Positions 1-9,829 of a stretch of 64,000 bases of DNA are shown piece after piece. Within the stretch, counting starts at the first letter, position 1. Every line of letters starts with the position of its first letter. Position numbers and translations under genes: made by a program. This DNA is from Acidobacteriota bacterium (GTDB lineage Bacteria; Acidobacteriota; CAIWXX01): positions 1-64,000 of the forward strand of contig JBFMAF010000009.1 in assembly GCA_040755995.1 (NCBI GenBank). The letters are read 5' to 3'. The notes beneath the pieces are model-generated. The model searched no databases and was not told the DNA's origin. It saw nothing but the letters and a program-made list of their open reading frames with translations.

Positions 1-173
1 CGTTCGACGTCGGTGGTCACTACACTTTTCGAGAAGTGCTCTACGTCTGTCGTAAATTCCACACTCACCTCATCCAGCTTCTCATCGTTTCAGCCCAGTT
101 TTCGCACTCGCCTGCAAACATGCGCTAACTGCGGCTCAGACCGATGAAATCCAGACGAGCAAGGGAAACGGAA

Positions 174-202
174 TTGACATGCCGCATCATACTGCGTATT
201 GT
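174..202 (+). promoter_or_regulatory. sigma70-like promoter for the TA operon
   Basis: TTGACA (174-179), 17-nt spacer, TATTGT (197-202); short CGCA...TGCG dyad in the spacer may be an autorepression operator. Confidence 0.6.
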
Positions 203-229
203 CCTGGTGGAAAGGGGAAGCGGTGCATC

Positions 230-541
230 TTGGCATTCCGCGTCACAATTACGCAGGAGGCTGAATCGCATCTACGCTCCCTGACTGCAAGGGAACGCGG
301 GGTATTGCGGGCCGCGGTTGACGCGCGACTGCGGGATCAGCCGACGACGCCGACCAATGCTATCAAGCGACTGCGCCCAAACCCCTGCGCCGAGTTCGAG
401 CTACGCGTCGGAAACCTACGAATCCTATATAATGTAGAAGGTGACGAGGTGATCCTTCTGCTCGTCGGGCGAAAGGTCGGAAACACACTCGTCGTCGGTG
501 GAGAAGAGTACCATGGGCACAAAGATGATCGCTCTAAGTGA
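230..541 (+). CDS. RelE/ParE-family type II toxin
   Basis: TTG start at 230 after a purine-rich RBS; RelE-like pattern FRVTITQEAESHL...ELRVGNLRILYNVEGDEVILLLVGRK. Confidence 0.8.
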   Translation: MAFRVTITQEAESHLRSLTARERGVLRAAVDARLRDQPTTPTNAIKRLRPNPCAEFELRVGNLRILYNVEGDEVILLLVGRKVGNTLVVGGEEYHGHKDDRSK

Positions 542-767
542 TCTAGTCGCGGATCCGGTGGGCACCCTGACTGAGTGTGCATCCACTGGCGATGCAGTTC
601 TCGTTGCGCTGCCGGACGATCGGCTTGTTTCGATCCAGGGTATCGAGCCCGGCGAAGACGATTCTCTGATTGATGACCTCCTACAGTCCAATCCATCGTT
701 TCGGGCCTTACTTGACCGGTCCAAGCAGAGCCGGCGCAAGGAATTCCCTGGGGAGACGCTCACCTAA
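513..767 (+). CDS. putative Phd/YefM-like antitoxin
   Basis: Overlaps toxin 3' end; small acidic protein with Phd-like N-terminus MKxIxLSDL...GDAVLV. Confidence 0.65.
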   Translation: MGTKMIALSDLVADPVGTLTECASTGDAVLVALPDDRLVSIQGIEPGEDDSLIDDLLQSNPSFRALLDRSKQSRRKEFPGETLT

Positions 768-834
768 CCCAGCGGCTCGCCCGATTGTAGCATCGCGCTC
801 GCGCGCGATCACCTGCATCAGGTATCACGGCGCC

Positions 835-3800
835 ATGGGCACCGGCTTTGAGGACGTCGACTACCACGATGCTTTCGCATTCGAGTGGGACGGGTTCGCG
901 GACTGGGACTGGGACTGGGTTGTAGTTGACTTGGGACAGGTGAGAGAGATACATACGCTGGGTCTCTCCTTTCACACGATTGAACCCGGGCGGAACCCGG
1001 ACCTGGGAGGGCCTGTGATCGAGATCTATGTTTCACCGGACAATGTCGACTGGACTCTCTGGTCTCAAGCGTCGGAGGACGTAATCGATGGGATGACAGC
1101 CGCGAAGCTGACATCTCCGTACCTGGCTAGCAAGACCGCGGATCAGCCAGTCCGCTTCATCAAGTACATGATCTATGTGCCGGTGAGGCCGATCGGTGGG
1201 GGCGAGCTGTATCGCCTCTATGCATTTGGCTCATCTGATGGGTACGGCACGGGCGAGAATGGGCAGGACGAGGACTACCCGAGATTGAAGCGGCTGGAAG
1301 CAGGTGGGTGGGAGCAGACCGAGCGCGACGGAACGCGCTACGTGTATGACAGCAAGGGGCTGCTGCAGTCCGTAACTGATATCCACGGGGTCGCGACAAC
1401 CTACAGCTGGACGGCCGATGACCTGTTGACGGAGATCAGAGACGCAGCGGGCGGTGTCACAAGACTCGACTACGCCAACGGCAAGCTGCGCGAGATCACG
1501 GATGTCGCGGGGCGGCGGACGTCCTTCACGGTAGACTCCAACGGCGACCTCACCCAGGTGATCATGCCCGATGGGAGCACCACACGGCTCAGCTACGACG
1601 GCCGACACCTGATCCAGTCGCAGACTGACGCGCGCGGGCAGCAGACCGCCTACACGTGGGATCCAGTCTACCCGAACCTCAAGAAGACCAGCGCCCCTGG
1701 TGGTCGAGAGATCATCACCGAGGCCGGCTACTTCGACCATCTGATCAATGGGATCGCAGGAACCGCGGAGAGTCCGGCTCCTTCGCCGGGCTTCGACATG
1801 CAAAGCACTCGGACCGACGAGCTTGGGCGCACGACCACCTACAAGTGGGAAGCCCGTGGTCCGGCGCCTGATTTCGCTCCGCTCTATCGATCGACCGTGA
1901 CCGATTCTGCCGGCCGATCGATCCAGCGGCATATGCACCCGCGCATGCGTGGCCTCGAGGTGCTTCGAATTGAATCAGATGGCACCAAGATCCGGAACAC
2001 ATACGATGCCGAAGAGGGACGATTCGTGCTGAAGGTCGAAGACCTGAGCGAGGCCGGAGGATCTCGCACCAAGACGCAGTACACGTACGACCCCGTCTTC
2101 AAGAAAGTCGCAACGAGCACGGATCTCGGCGGGCATACGACTAGCTACTCCTACAGCGAGAAGGGTGATCTGATCTCGATTGCGGACCCGCTGGGAAACG
2201 CCACAAACATGAGTTACGATGAGAAAGGCCGGGTGGCCTCGATCACCGACGCCGAAGGGGCGATCACGAGATTCGAATACGATGAACGTGGTAATCGAAC
2301 GAAGGTCATCGATGCGCTCGGACGAATTACGACCATGACGTTTGATGCGGCAGGCAAGATGACATCGCTGACGGATCCAGGCGGGAAGATCACTCGCTGG
2401 GAATACGACCCGATTGGCCGCGTGACCAAGGTCACCGACCCGGCGGGAGGGCGGACTGTATACGAATACGAGCCTGGGTGCACGAGTGGCTGCGGCGACG
2501 GCGGGGGCAGTGGTTTGCTCATATCGATCACTGACCCGGCGGGCAACAAGACCAGGTTCGAGTATGACGCTGCAGGCCGCATGACGGCCGTAGTGAATCC
2601 GCTGGGTGGCCGGCGGGAATACGTGTACGATCAAGCGGGACGCCTGGTGAAGTCCAAGAACGCTCGTGGACAAGAGACCACGTACCAGTACGACGCCTCG
2701 AACAATCTTGTTAGAAAGACGCTGCCGGACGAAGGGGACGTGGATTACGTGTATGACAGCCTCAACCGGCTCACGCAGATGACCGACGCGGACTCGATTC
2801 TCAGGTACGAGTACGCGGCGTTCACCGGCGCGGGCCCATACTGGTCGGAGGTGGGCTCGCAGCTCAAGGGATCCAAGATCATGGAATCATTCGGTCTGAA
2901 GGACGACCCGCGCTACTCGGTGCAGGCATCCGGTGTCGCCAAGTACGGGCAGCAGACGGACTTCCAGGACCAGTCCGGCAACTGGCAGACAAGAATCGAG
3001 TTACCAGCCAAGATCCTCATGTTGGTGGATGCGGACGCAGCGCCGGGCGGTGTCGTTGGGATGGATTCTCAGGCGGAGTACGACAGTGCCCACAGGATCC
3101 TCCGTTCGGGCAGCACGTGCCCGAACGCCTCGTTCACGTATGACAAAGTCGGTCGCCGGAAGACGATGGAAGTGAGGGCAAGCTTCATGTGCGACCCATG
3201 CCCGCTGGGTTGCCGGGCCATGGGAGCAACACCATCCCCATCGAGGTCAGCCGCACGCTCGATGTTCTGGTGCACGGGAAACGAGGGGAACGCGACCACG
3301 TACGACTACGACGCCGCCGGACAGTTACAGACAATCGCTCAGACCTTCACGTCAGACGACGGATCGGCCGTACCCCTCGCGACCTATAGCTATGGCTATG
3401 ATCCCGCGGGAAACCGCACGACGATGACGGATGCGCTCGGGACGCATTCGTACGGTTATGATGCGCGCTACCAGCTTACCTCAGCCACGCACCCGACAGA
3501 GCCGACGGAATCCTTCAATTACGACCCGACAGGTAACCGCACTGCGTCGCACATCTCGCCGTTCTACACGTACAACAGGGCGAACCAGCTTCTAGAGGAC
3601 GCGGAGTTCACGTACTCCTATGATCTCGACGGGAACTGCATCGGCAAGGTGAGCAAGCTCAACGGCGAGCGCCACGAGTACATCTTCAACTCAGAGAACT
3701 GGATGACAGGCTACCGCAAGCATGACATCAACAACGTGCTGGTCACCTCCGCGAGCTACTTCTACGACCCCCTCGGCCGTCGCATCGCCAAAGAGGTTGA

Positions 3801-4374
3801 CGGACTGCTGACGCGATACGTCTACCAGGACGAGGACATCTGGATGGTGATCGATCCGTACGATGCTTTCACGAGGATTGTGCACGGCCCAGGCATAGAC
3901 GAGCCCCTCATTCAAGTGGCTGGTGGTCAGGATACCCCGCCGCGCACCGAGGCGGAACTCACGTACTACTTCGCCGATGGCCTAGGCACGATCCGCAACA
4001 CGGTCACGAGACGCTGCTACCAACCCACCCAGCCCACCGCCTACGCCTACGACTCCTTCGGCCGGCCCACCGCGAGCACGACGCTCCCCACTGCCGCCCC
4101 CGCCTACGCCTTCACCGCCCGCGAGTGGGATGCACAGAGTGGCCTCTACTGGGTGAGAGCACGCTCGTATGACCCGCAGGTAGGACGCTTCACGAACGAG
4201 GATCCCCTCGGTTTCGGTAGTGGCAGCGACAACTTCTACGCGTATGTTGAGAATGACCCGGGTAATCGCATCGATCCCTATGGTCTAGCGGGTGACATCC
4301 AACTGTATTCGTGGTCGGCCGGCGTGCGTAGGGGTGTTCGCTCGAAATCACATCGCCCGGCATGCAGCGGTTGA
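835..4374 (+). CDS. RHS/YD-repeat protein with N-terminal discoidin (F5/8 type C)-like domain, probably truncated
   Basis: Many YDxxGR/TDPxG repeats; RHS core end RSYDPQVGRFTNEDPLG...YAYVENDPGNRIDPYGL; WVVVDLGQ...IYVSPDNVDWT discoidin pattern; start uncertain (frame open from 670). Confidence 0.85.
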   Translation: MGTGFEDVDYHDAFAFEWDGFADWDWDWVVVDLGQVREIHTLGLSFHTIEPGRNPDLGGPVIEIYVSPDNVDWTLWSQASEDVIDGMTAAKLTSPYLASKTADQPVRFIKYMIYVPVRPIGGGELYRLYAFGSSDGYGTGENGQDEDYPRLKRLEAGGWEQTERDGTRYVYDSKGLLQSVTDIHGVATTYSWTADDLLTEIRDAAGGVTRLDYANGKLREITDVAGRRTSFTVDSNGDLTQVIMPDGSTTRLSYDGRHLIQSQTDARGQQTAYTWDPVYPNLKKTSAPGGREIITEAGYFDHLINGIAGTAESPAPSPGFDMQSTRTDELGRTTTYKWEARGPAPDFAPLYRSTVTDSAGRSIQRHMHPRMRGLEVLRIESDGTKIRNTYDAEEGRFVLKVEDLSEAGGSRTKTQYTYDPVFKKVATSTDLGGHTTSYSYSEKGDLISIADPLGNATNMSYDEKGRVASITDAEGAITRFEYDERGNRTKVIDALGRITTMTFDAAGKMTSLTDPGGKITRWEYDPIGRVTKVTDPAGGRTVYEYEPGCTSGCGDGGGSGLLISITDPAGNKTRFEYDAAGRMTAVVNPLGGRREYVYDQAGRLVKSKNARGQETTYQYDASNNLVRKTLPDEGDVDYVYDSLNRLTQMTDADSILRYEYAAFTGAGPYWSEVGSQLKGSKIMESFGLKDDPRYSVQASGVAKYGQQTDFQDQSGNWQTRIELPAKILMLVDADAAPGGVVGMDSQAEYDSAHRILRSGSTCPNASFTYDKVGRRKTMEVRASFMCDPCPLGCRAMGATPSPSRSAARSMFWCTGNEGNATTYDYDAAGQLQTIAQTFTSDDGSAVPLATYSYGYDPAGNRTTMTDALGTHSYGYDARYQLTSATHPTEPTESFNYDPTGNRTASHISPFYTYNRANQLLEDAEFTYSYDLDGNCIGKVSKLNGERHEYIFNSENWMTGYRKHDINNVLVTSASYFYDPLGRRIAKEVDGLLTRYVYQDEDIWMVIDPYDAFTRIVHGPGIDEPLIQVAGGQDTPPRTEAELTYYFADGLGTIRNTVTRRCYQPTQPTAYAYDSFGRPTASTTLPTAAPAYAFTAREWDAQSGLYWVRARSYDPQVGRFTNEDPLGFGSGSDNFYAYVENDPGNRIDPYGLAGDIQLYSWSAGVRRGVRSKSHRPACSG

Positions 4375-4426
4375 CAAAGCAAGAGGACCGCAGTAGCGTC
4401 CAGGGAGGCGGGGAGATGCTGGCCCG

Positions 4427-5452
4427 ATGAATGTCAACGCACTCGGTTATCTTGTGTGCCCGCGTTGTGAAGGCGGATTGCGAGTCGATGGATCGCCTTC
4501 AGAGGAGATCCAGATCGGCGTGCTCGGGTGCACCGGCTGCGAGAATCGATACCAGGTCCAGAATGGCGTGCCGCTGCTTCTGGACGATCCAGACTTGGCA
4601 GACGGCGCTACCAGCAAGCTTTACAGCGACATCTGGAAGCAGTACTCGAAGCCGTCACAGCAGGCTCGAAAAAGCCGAGGATATCGGGCCGCGGCAACCT
4701 CACACCTGGAACTGCTTCAGAAGGCATCCGGGTGGGAACTGGCGCAAGGCGCCATTGGAATCGACGCAGGTTGCGGCAGCGGTTCGACAACGATCGAGAT
4801 CGCTGGCCGGTATCCGGCGATCCAATTTGTAGGGATCGACCTCAGTGACGGCATCATGCGTTGGGCGGGCGAGGCTTCAACGCGTGCCAATGTCCAACTT
4901 GTACGGGGCGATCTGCTCGCTCCACCACTGGCGCGGAACGCTTTCGACTTCGCATTCAGCTTCGGTGTCCTGCATCATACACCTGACCCCGAATCCACCT
5001 TCCGCCGACTGCTCGATCGCCTCCGGCCAGGCGGTCGTATCACCATTTTTCTATACAAGGACTTTTCCGACATTCCGGTGAAGCGATGGCTGCTGCTTCA
5101 GGTCAACAGGCTGCGTTCGATCACCACTCGACTGTCGCCGCGAACCCTGAGAGCGATCGCGCGATGCGGCGCGCCATTCGTATTCATCGGACTCACAATG
5201 CCAGCGCGCGCGCTGCACCGTTTGGGTGCCGAACGGCTCGGGCGGCATATTCCCTATGGAACCTTCCCTGGCATGTCCTCCATTGCCAGTTCGCTCGAGG
5301 ACCGCTTCGGTGCGCCTTATGAGCATCGATTCAACATTGGCGCGCTCCAAGGCTGGGCCGATCGAGCCGGACTGGTCAACTCCCGCGTGATCGACTGCCT
5401 TCCCTACGGTTTCTCAGGCCTCGTGTTGGCCGGCGAGAAGGCCCGCCGCTGA
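4427..5452 (+). CDS. class I SAM methyltransferase with N-terminal Trm112-like zinc ribbon
   Basis: LVCPRC...LGCTGC...YQVQNGVPLL N-terminus; DAGCGSG motif I; FDFAFSFGVLHHT; LRPGG. Confidence 0.85.
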   Translation: MNVNALGYLVCPRCEGGLRVDGSPSEEIQIGVLGCTGCENRYQVQNGVPLLLDDPDLADGATSKLYSDIWKQYSKPSQQARKSRGYRAAATSHLELLQKASGWELAQGAIGIDAGCGSGSTTIEIAGRYPAIQFVGIDLSDGIMRWAGEASTRANVQLVRGDLLAPPLARNAFDFAFSFGVLHHTPDPESTFRRLLDRLRPGGRITIFLYKDFSDIPVKRWLLLQVNRLRSITTRLSPRTLRAIARCGAPFVFIGLTMPARALHRLGAERLGRHIPYGTFPGMSSIASSLEDRFGAPYEHRFNIGALQGWADRAGLVNSRVIDCLPYGFSGLVLAGEKARR

Positions 5453-5456
5453 GTCC

Positions 5457-5609
5457 ATCATCGGGCCGACTGGCGTCGGAAAAGCCGGACTCGCTTCAGG
5501 GCTCTTGCTGAAGGCAGTGCAGGATGGCTCCCGCGGCCTCTTCATTCGCGCCCAGGACCTCCTCGACGAGATGTACGCCTCGCTCGCCGATCGCTCCACT
5601 CGCCGACTC
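5457..5609 (+). pseudogene. istB: IS21-family IstB ATPase fragment
   Basis: Translates IIGPTGVGKAGLASGLLLKAVQDGSRGLFIRAQDLLDEMYASLADRSTRRL (degenerate Walker A plus IstB-like helix); no start, no IstA nearby. Confidence 0.7.
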
Positions 5610-5834
5610 CCTGCGCTACCTTTCAGAGTCGCTGTTCGATTTCATGCCCGACAGGCCGTTCCTCGTCCGGCCCTATTCTGCAGAGCAGGACTGGCCCACT
5701 CTTGCTGAGCAGCGAAGTCTGCGCATGCATGATTCACCCCTGTGTGCTTCGTCCTGAGCTCACGGTGTCTCCTCGGAGCCCCTCGAGCCCTTCGGAGAAC
5801 TCGTGTCTGAATGGACTGGTCTTCACCCAAACGA

Positions 5835-8177
5835 TCAGAAATGAGAATCATGCAACGTGCCGCCTGCGATCCTTGGCTTGTTGGCGAGGGAAATAGCAAA
5901 GGCAACTAAGTAGATAAGCGGTATGAGAAGGGCGAGCGATCTGTATCCGTAAATCATCGCAGCGTATTCAGCGCATCCGCCACACATGGATCCCAGAAGA
6001 TTGATGCCGAGTGCCTGGTCAATCTGGGGATGATCCCGAATGAACAAACTAAACAGGATGCTCGAAAAGACAACCGGCAAGGACAGAAGCACCAGATAGA
6101 GGCAGACGACGCCAACACCATAACCCCAGAGTGAACCGAAACGACGGGCATCGATGGCCCAGCAGAGAACAAGAGAGCCGAGCAATCCACCGACAACGAC
6201 CCCGATTTTCCGGATGATGACATCCCGCGCAACGAGACAGTTACCGACATAAGCCATAGCTAGTATGGCCACGATCACATATCCGGTCACCCGCCATGTA
6301 TTGCCCATCAGCAGAGCGACCCGCATGATAATCGTGGTTTCCATCAACATGAAGGCGAATCCGAAAAGAAAGAAGACAAGAAGGTTGGTCTCCCTTGCCC
6401 GGGCAAACACAGCGCCATCCGTGTTCAAGTAGATAGAAATCACAGAAACAGAGAGAACCATCAACAGGAAGAGCACCAATCTCAGAACCCCTCGGGAATC
6501 CCCTGCCAAATAGAGAAATGGCCAGTCATCAGTCAAGATTCGCAATGAACCACCCTCAGAGGCATTGACGTCCCACGGTACGACAAACTGGGAACCCTCG
6601 TTGCCCACCGGGTCCGGGGAGACGACGTACAAGCCTTGATAGCCATAGGGCATGACCTTGAAACAGTAGATATGCGTTGAGAAGACTTCCCTCAGGGTCA
6701 GGAAGATACGCCTGGCAGAGAGGTCGTTCATCCACGCATAGACCAGCACCCGGCCACCCGGGTTCAAGCGACGTTCGACCTGCTCGAAACATTCTCGAGT
6801 GTAAACAAAACTGTCGACACGAAATCCGGTGGAGCTGGTGACATAGGGGTTGCTGTCGATCCACAGGAAGAGAATGTAGTCGAACATCTCACTGGATACG
6901 TTCATGAAGGCGCGGGCATCGTCAACAACGACTCTCACCCTGGGATCCCAATAAGGATAGTTCGCATTGAGCATTTTTCCCAAGTGGACGATGGTTGGAT
7001 CGATGTCAACAGCGACGACCGAGCTTACGCCTGCAGCCAACAAAGATGGGATATTGGCCCCGGCCCCCGATCCGAGGGCCAAGACCTTCTTTCCCTTCAG
7101 GTCTCTCAAGACAGGGGTGAGGTCTGCATTCGGAATTCTATGTTGCACGTCCAAATCGGAGATAAGCTTGTTCGTGTCGACCATGCTGAAGGATTGATAG
7201 TAGAGGTCATTGGAGAAGATCGCTATCCGTCCGTCCCCCAACCGATGTCCGAGACCACTTGACCTCAGACTTATCCGTTGATAGGGGGAGTAGATCTCCA
7301 GAACCGAAGGCGGGCCAAGGAGATAGGCAAGCCCGACAAGGGTTAGGAATATGGACAATCCGTGAATGAATCCTTTGAGGCGGTGAAAGATGAACAGATA
7401 CGTGAACGCCATTTCGAGCAGCCAGGCCCACGGAGGCAACCAGAGGGCCGCAGACAGGTTGAAGGCCACCACTCCTAGTATGCTCCCCAGCAGGTTGGCG
7501 CCATACGCACGCAAAGCCCGCGACCTGCTCAATAGGCGCCCCACCAGCTCCCCGGGCGCAATGGTGACAACAATGATGAGTACAAGTTGCCACAGCGGAG
7601 CGCGGGCCAGGATCCAGAGGAGGTTTCTCGGAGGATGCATCGCGGGGTAGAAAAGGGAAATCATTGAAAGCTGCAGAAACTGCAGCCCCACAAGGGGCAA
7701 CAAGAACGGCAGAAAGGTCGGCTTCTTCCCTCCCCTCATGTAACCAAGACCGATTCCCAAGAAGCACCCCATGAGGGCGAAGTTCCTGTATGCGCTCAGT
7801 TCTGGTACCAGCGAGGCCACCCATCGAATGATACAAAGTTCGATGAACATGATTTGACCGGAAGTGACAATGATCCACAGATTGGCGGAACTCGGGGAAT
7901 GCTGGTCCAGTGCCTGTGTGAACTCCCCCAGCGACGATCGATACCACGCTCGTATCTCGGCATTCTTGCGGTACACCAGGGGCAGGAGAAGGCTGCATGT
8001 GCCCAGAACGAAGCTCGAGAAGAGAATGAGAACCCTGCCGTGCGACCGGAGAATGCTGTCGTAGAAGGAGCCCATGGAAGCGAGCTGGAAGAAGATCCCA
8101 TAGAAGAAAAGTGCGTTGAAAATGCAGAAAACAACGAACAGTGCGACCTTCAAGCGATCCTTCGCCGTCGTGAACAT
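5835..8177 (-). CDS. multi-pass membrane protein with spermidine synthase-like methyltransferase domain
   Basis: Hydrophobic N- and C-terminal blocks; YSPYQRI, VLALGSGAG, VAVDIDP, VVVDDARAF, LTDDWPFLYL; visibly lower GC than flanks. Confidence 0.8.
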   Translation of the reverse strand: MFTTAKDRLKVALFVVFCIFNALFFYGIFFQLASMGSFYDSILRSHGRVLILFSSFVLGTCSLLLPLVYRKNAEIRAWYRSSLGEFTQALDQHSPSSANLWIIVTSGQIMFIELCIIRWVASLVPELSAYRNFALMGCFLGIGLGYMRGGKKPTFLPFLLPLVGLQFLQLSMISLFYPAMHPPRNLLWILARAPLWQLVLIIVVTIAPGELVGRLLSRSRALRAYGANLLGSILGVVAFNLSAALWLPPWAWLLEMAFTYLFIFHRLKGFIHGLSIFLTLVGLAYLLGPPSVLEIYSPYQRISLRSSGLGHRLGDGRIAIFSNDLYYQSFSMVDTNKLISDLDVQHRIPNADLTPVLRDLKGKKVLALGSGAGANIPSLLAAGVSSVVAVDIDPTIVHLGKMLNANYPYWDPRVRVVVDDARAFMNVSSEMFDYILFLWIDSNPYVTSSTGFRVDSFVYTRECFEQVERRLNPGGRVLVYAWMNDLSARRIFLTLREVFSTHIYCFKVMPYGYQGLYVVSPDPVGNEGSQFVVPWDVNASEGGSLRILTDDWPFLYLAGDSRGVLRLVLFLLMVLSVSVISIYLNTDGAVFARARETNLLVFFLFGFAFMLMETTIIMRVALLMGNTWRVTGYVIVAILAMAYVGNCLVARDVIIRKIGVVVGGLLGSLVLCWAIDARRFGSLWGYGVGVVCLYLVLLSLPVVFSSILFSLFIRDHPQIDQALGINLLGSMCGGCAEYAAMIYGYRSLALLIPLIYLVAFAISLANKPRIAGGTLHDSHF

Positions 8178-8536
8178 GCTTCTCTAACCTATCGGCCGGG
8201 CGAAGCCTGCGTCATCTCATCAAGAGCGAGCGAGAGGACGCGCGGCTGTCCGTGAAGCCGTGAATTACCACGTGTGTAGTAACCACCGGGAGACCGCACG
8301 ACCTACGAGCACCCCGCGGCGGCTCCACAGCCTGCGCGTCTCTGACACCTGGCGGTGCAGATGAGCGTGAATTGGCCGTATTCGCCGCAGGCATTACCTT
8401 CGACTGTCAGGGAATTCCTCTTGCCTGCACGGGCCATCGAGCATCGCCACCGAGCAGAGGCGCCCTCTTCGTGGTGCGCCGGTTCACGACGGTGGCACGC
8501 ACCTTTCCGGTGCATCGTGAACCTCACGCGTGCATT

Positions 8537-8692
8537 CTACGGGTTGGCCGGGGCAGTGTCAAAGCGTGCGGCCGGGGCGACGAGTTGGTGGAGGCGAGGA
8601 TCGGGCGCCTCGTAAACCTCGCCCATGCCACCCGCCCCCAGACCGGCGACGATTTCGTACGGGCCGATCCTGGCGCCCGGGATGAGCATCAT
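8537..8692 (-). pseudogene. N-terminal fragment of a Hanks-type Ser/Thr kinase
   Basis: Minus strand reads MMLIPGARIGPYEIVAGLGAGGMGEVYEAPDPRLHQLVA (subdomain I), then diverges and stops after 51 aa. Confidence 0.75.
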
Positions 8693-8826
8693 TTCGGTCT
8701 CGCCACGGAGTAGAGGCCGCAGGAGCGCCTGTGAAAGCGATAGCCGTACGCCCTCGCGTCACGTACTGGAGAGAGGGTGAGGATCACGCCCGCTTGGTCA
8801 GACGGCGCGGCATGGACGAGCGTGAG

Positions 8827-9183
8827 TCACCTTCCGGCCATGATGTCGAGGCCAGAGGGTTGAACCTGGACGCCCTGAAGGTACGTGAACGTGCCGACCG
8901 TCGCGCTGGTGACGCTGCTCGTTACCTTGACATCGACCGTGCCCGAGCCGGGCGGGCTGAGGCAGGAAGCGCAGCCGTTCGTGCTCTTGAAGACGCCACG
9001 ATCGTGAGTTCCCGCGTACGTGGTTGCTGGCTTTGTTGGATCGATTGCCAGAGCAAGCATTTCCAGATCCTTCAATCCGGTGTTGACGGCCATCCAGGAA
9101 GCGTCGCTGTCGGTGCTCCTGAAGACACCGCCCCCATCGGTCCCGGCGCAGATGGTCGACGGATTCGTCGGATCGATTGCCAT
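8827..9183 (-). pseudogene. fragment of a BNR/sortilin-like beta-propeller repeat protein with IPT/TIG-like remnant
   Basis: Two repeats AIDPxxPxTxxAGTxxxGVFxSTxx followed by GTVDVKVT...FTY. Confidence 0.65.
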
Positions 9184-9293
9184 GTCCTTCCCTGACGATC
9201 CAGGTGTGTGAACTCAGGCATCAAGGATCTCCGGCAGGACTTCACTCAACATGGGCCTCGGCGGGCGGAGACGAAACGCAACCGTCATGTCCG

Positions 9294-9530
9294 CTACCCG
9301 CCGACTGAGCTCATCGTCGCTACACCCTTGCGCACGAGCGGCTCGCCTCCCGTGATCCGCACCTTTCGCAGAGGGCGCACCATGTTGAGGATCCGCGCGG
9401 CCTGCACCATCGTCTCGTATCGGAGTATGAACTTGTGATCCACGTACGGAACGCCCTCGGGCGGCATGCAGTAGACGCAGCGCAGATTGCATCGGTCCGT
9501 GATCGAAAGGCGCAGCGGGATGTCATTCAT
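9294..9530 (-). pseudogene. moaA: truncated GTP 3',8-cyclase MoaA
   Basis: LRLSITDRCNLRCVYCMP...KVRITGGEPLVRKG is the MoaA N-terminus; only 78 aa. Confidence 0.8.
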
Positions 9531-9712
9531 GGTCGAAGGAGTTCATCATAATGGAAGCCTCCTTCGTTGCAAGCAGGCCTCCCCATCATATCGGGATTCG
9601 CGCCCATGTGTCGGGACTCGGAAGGAAGAAGCGGGAAGTGAGAAGGCAGTGCTGTGCATGGCCTCGGATCCCGGTCGCTCGCTCGTATTGTCTAGGCGAC
9701 AGCGGGTCCTTG

Positions 9713-9721
9713 TGCTATGAT
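9713..9721 (+). promoter_or_regulatory. extended -10 promoter
   Basis: TGcTATGAT placed about 7 nt before the start of the Moco-type RNA motif. Confidence 0.45.
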
Positions 9722-9727
9722 GCCGGC

Positions 9728-9826
9728 CGTTCTCCGAACCTGATCGGCTAAATCCGCAGGACATGCCGGCAGGTCGATAGGGTAAGGTTGGAAACGGCTT
9801 TGCCTCCCGCGCTCGGAAAGGAGGAT
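9728..9826 (+). ncRNA. Moco/Tuco RNA motif (molybdenum or tungsten cofactor riboswitch candidate)
   Basis: CTCCGA...CTAA...ATG...AGGG...GAAA...GCCTCCCG...GGAAAGGAG layout; 5' CTCC can pair with the GGAG Shine-Dalgarno of the next ATG (9830); adjacent to a moaA fragment. Confidence 0.8.
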
Positions 9827-9829
9827 ATC

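Noticed and set aside
1..68. Possible minus-strand gene start running off the left edge
   Set aside because: Only about 20 codons visible; cannot be supported
8372..8713. Plus-strand ORF containing NLAHATRPQTGDDFVRAD
   Set aside because: Antisense shadow of the Ser/Thr kinase fragment
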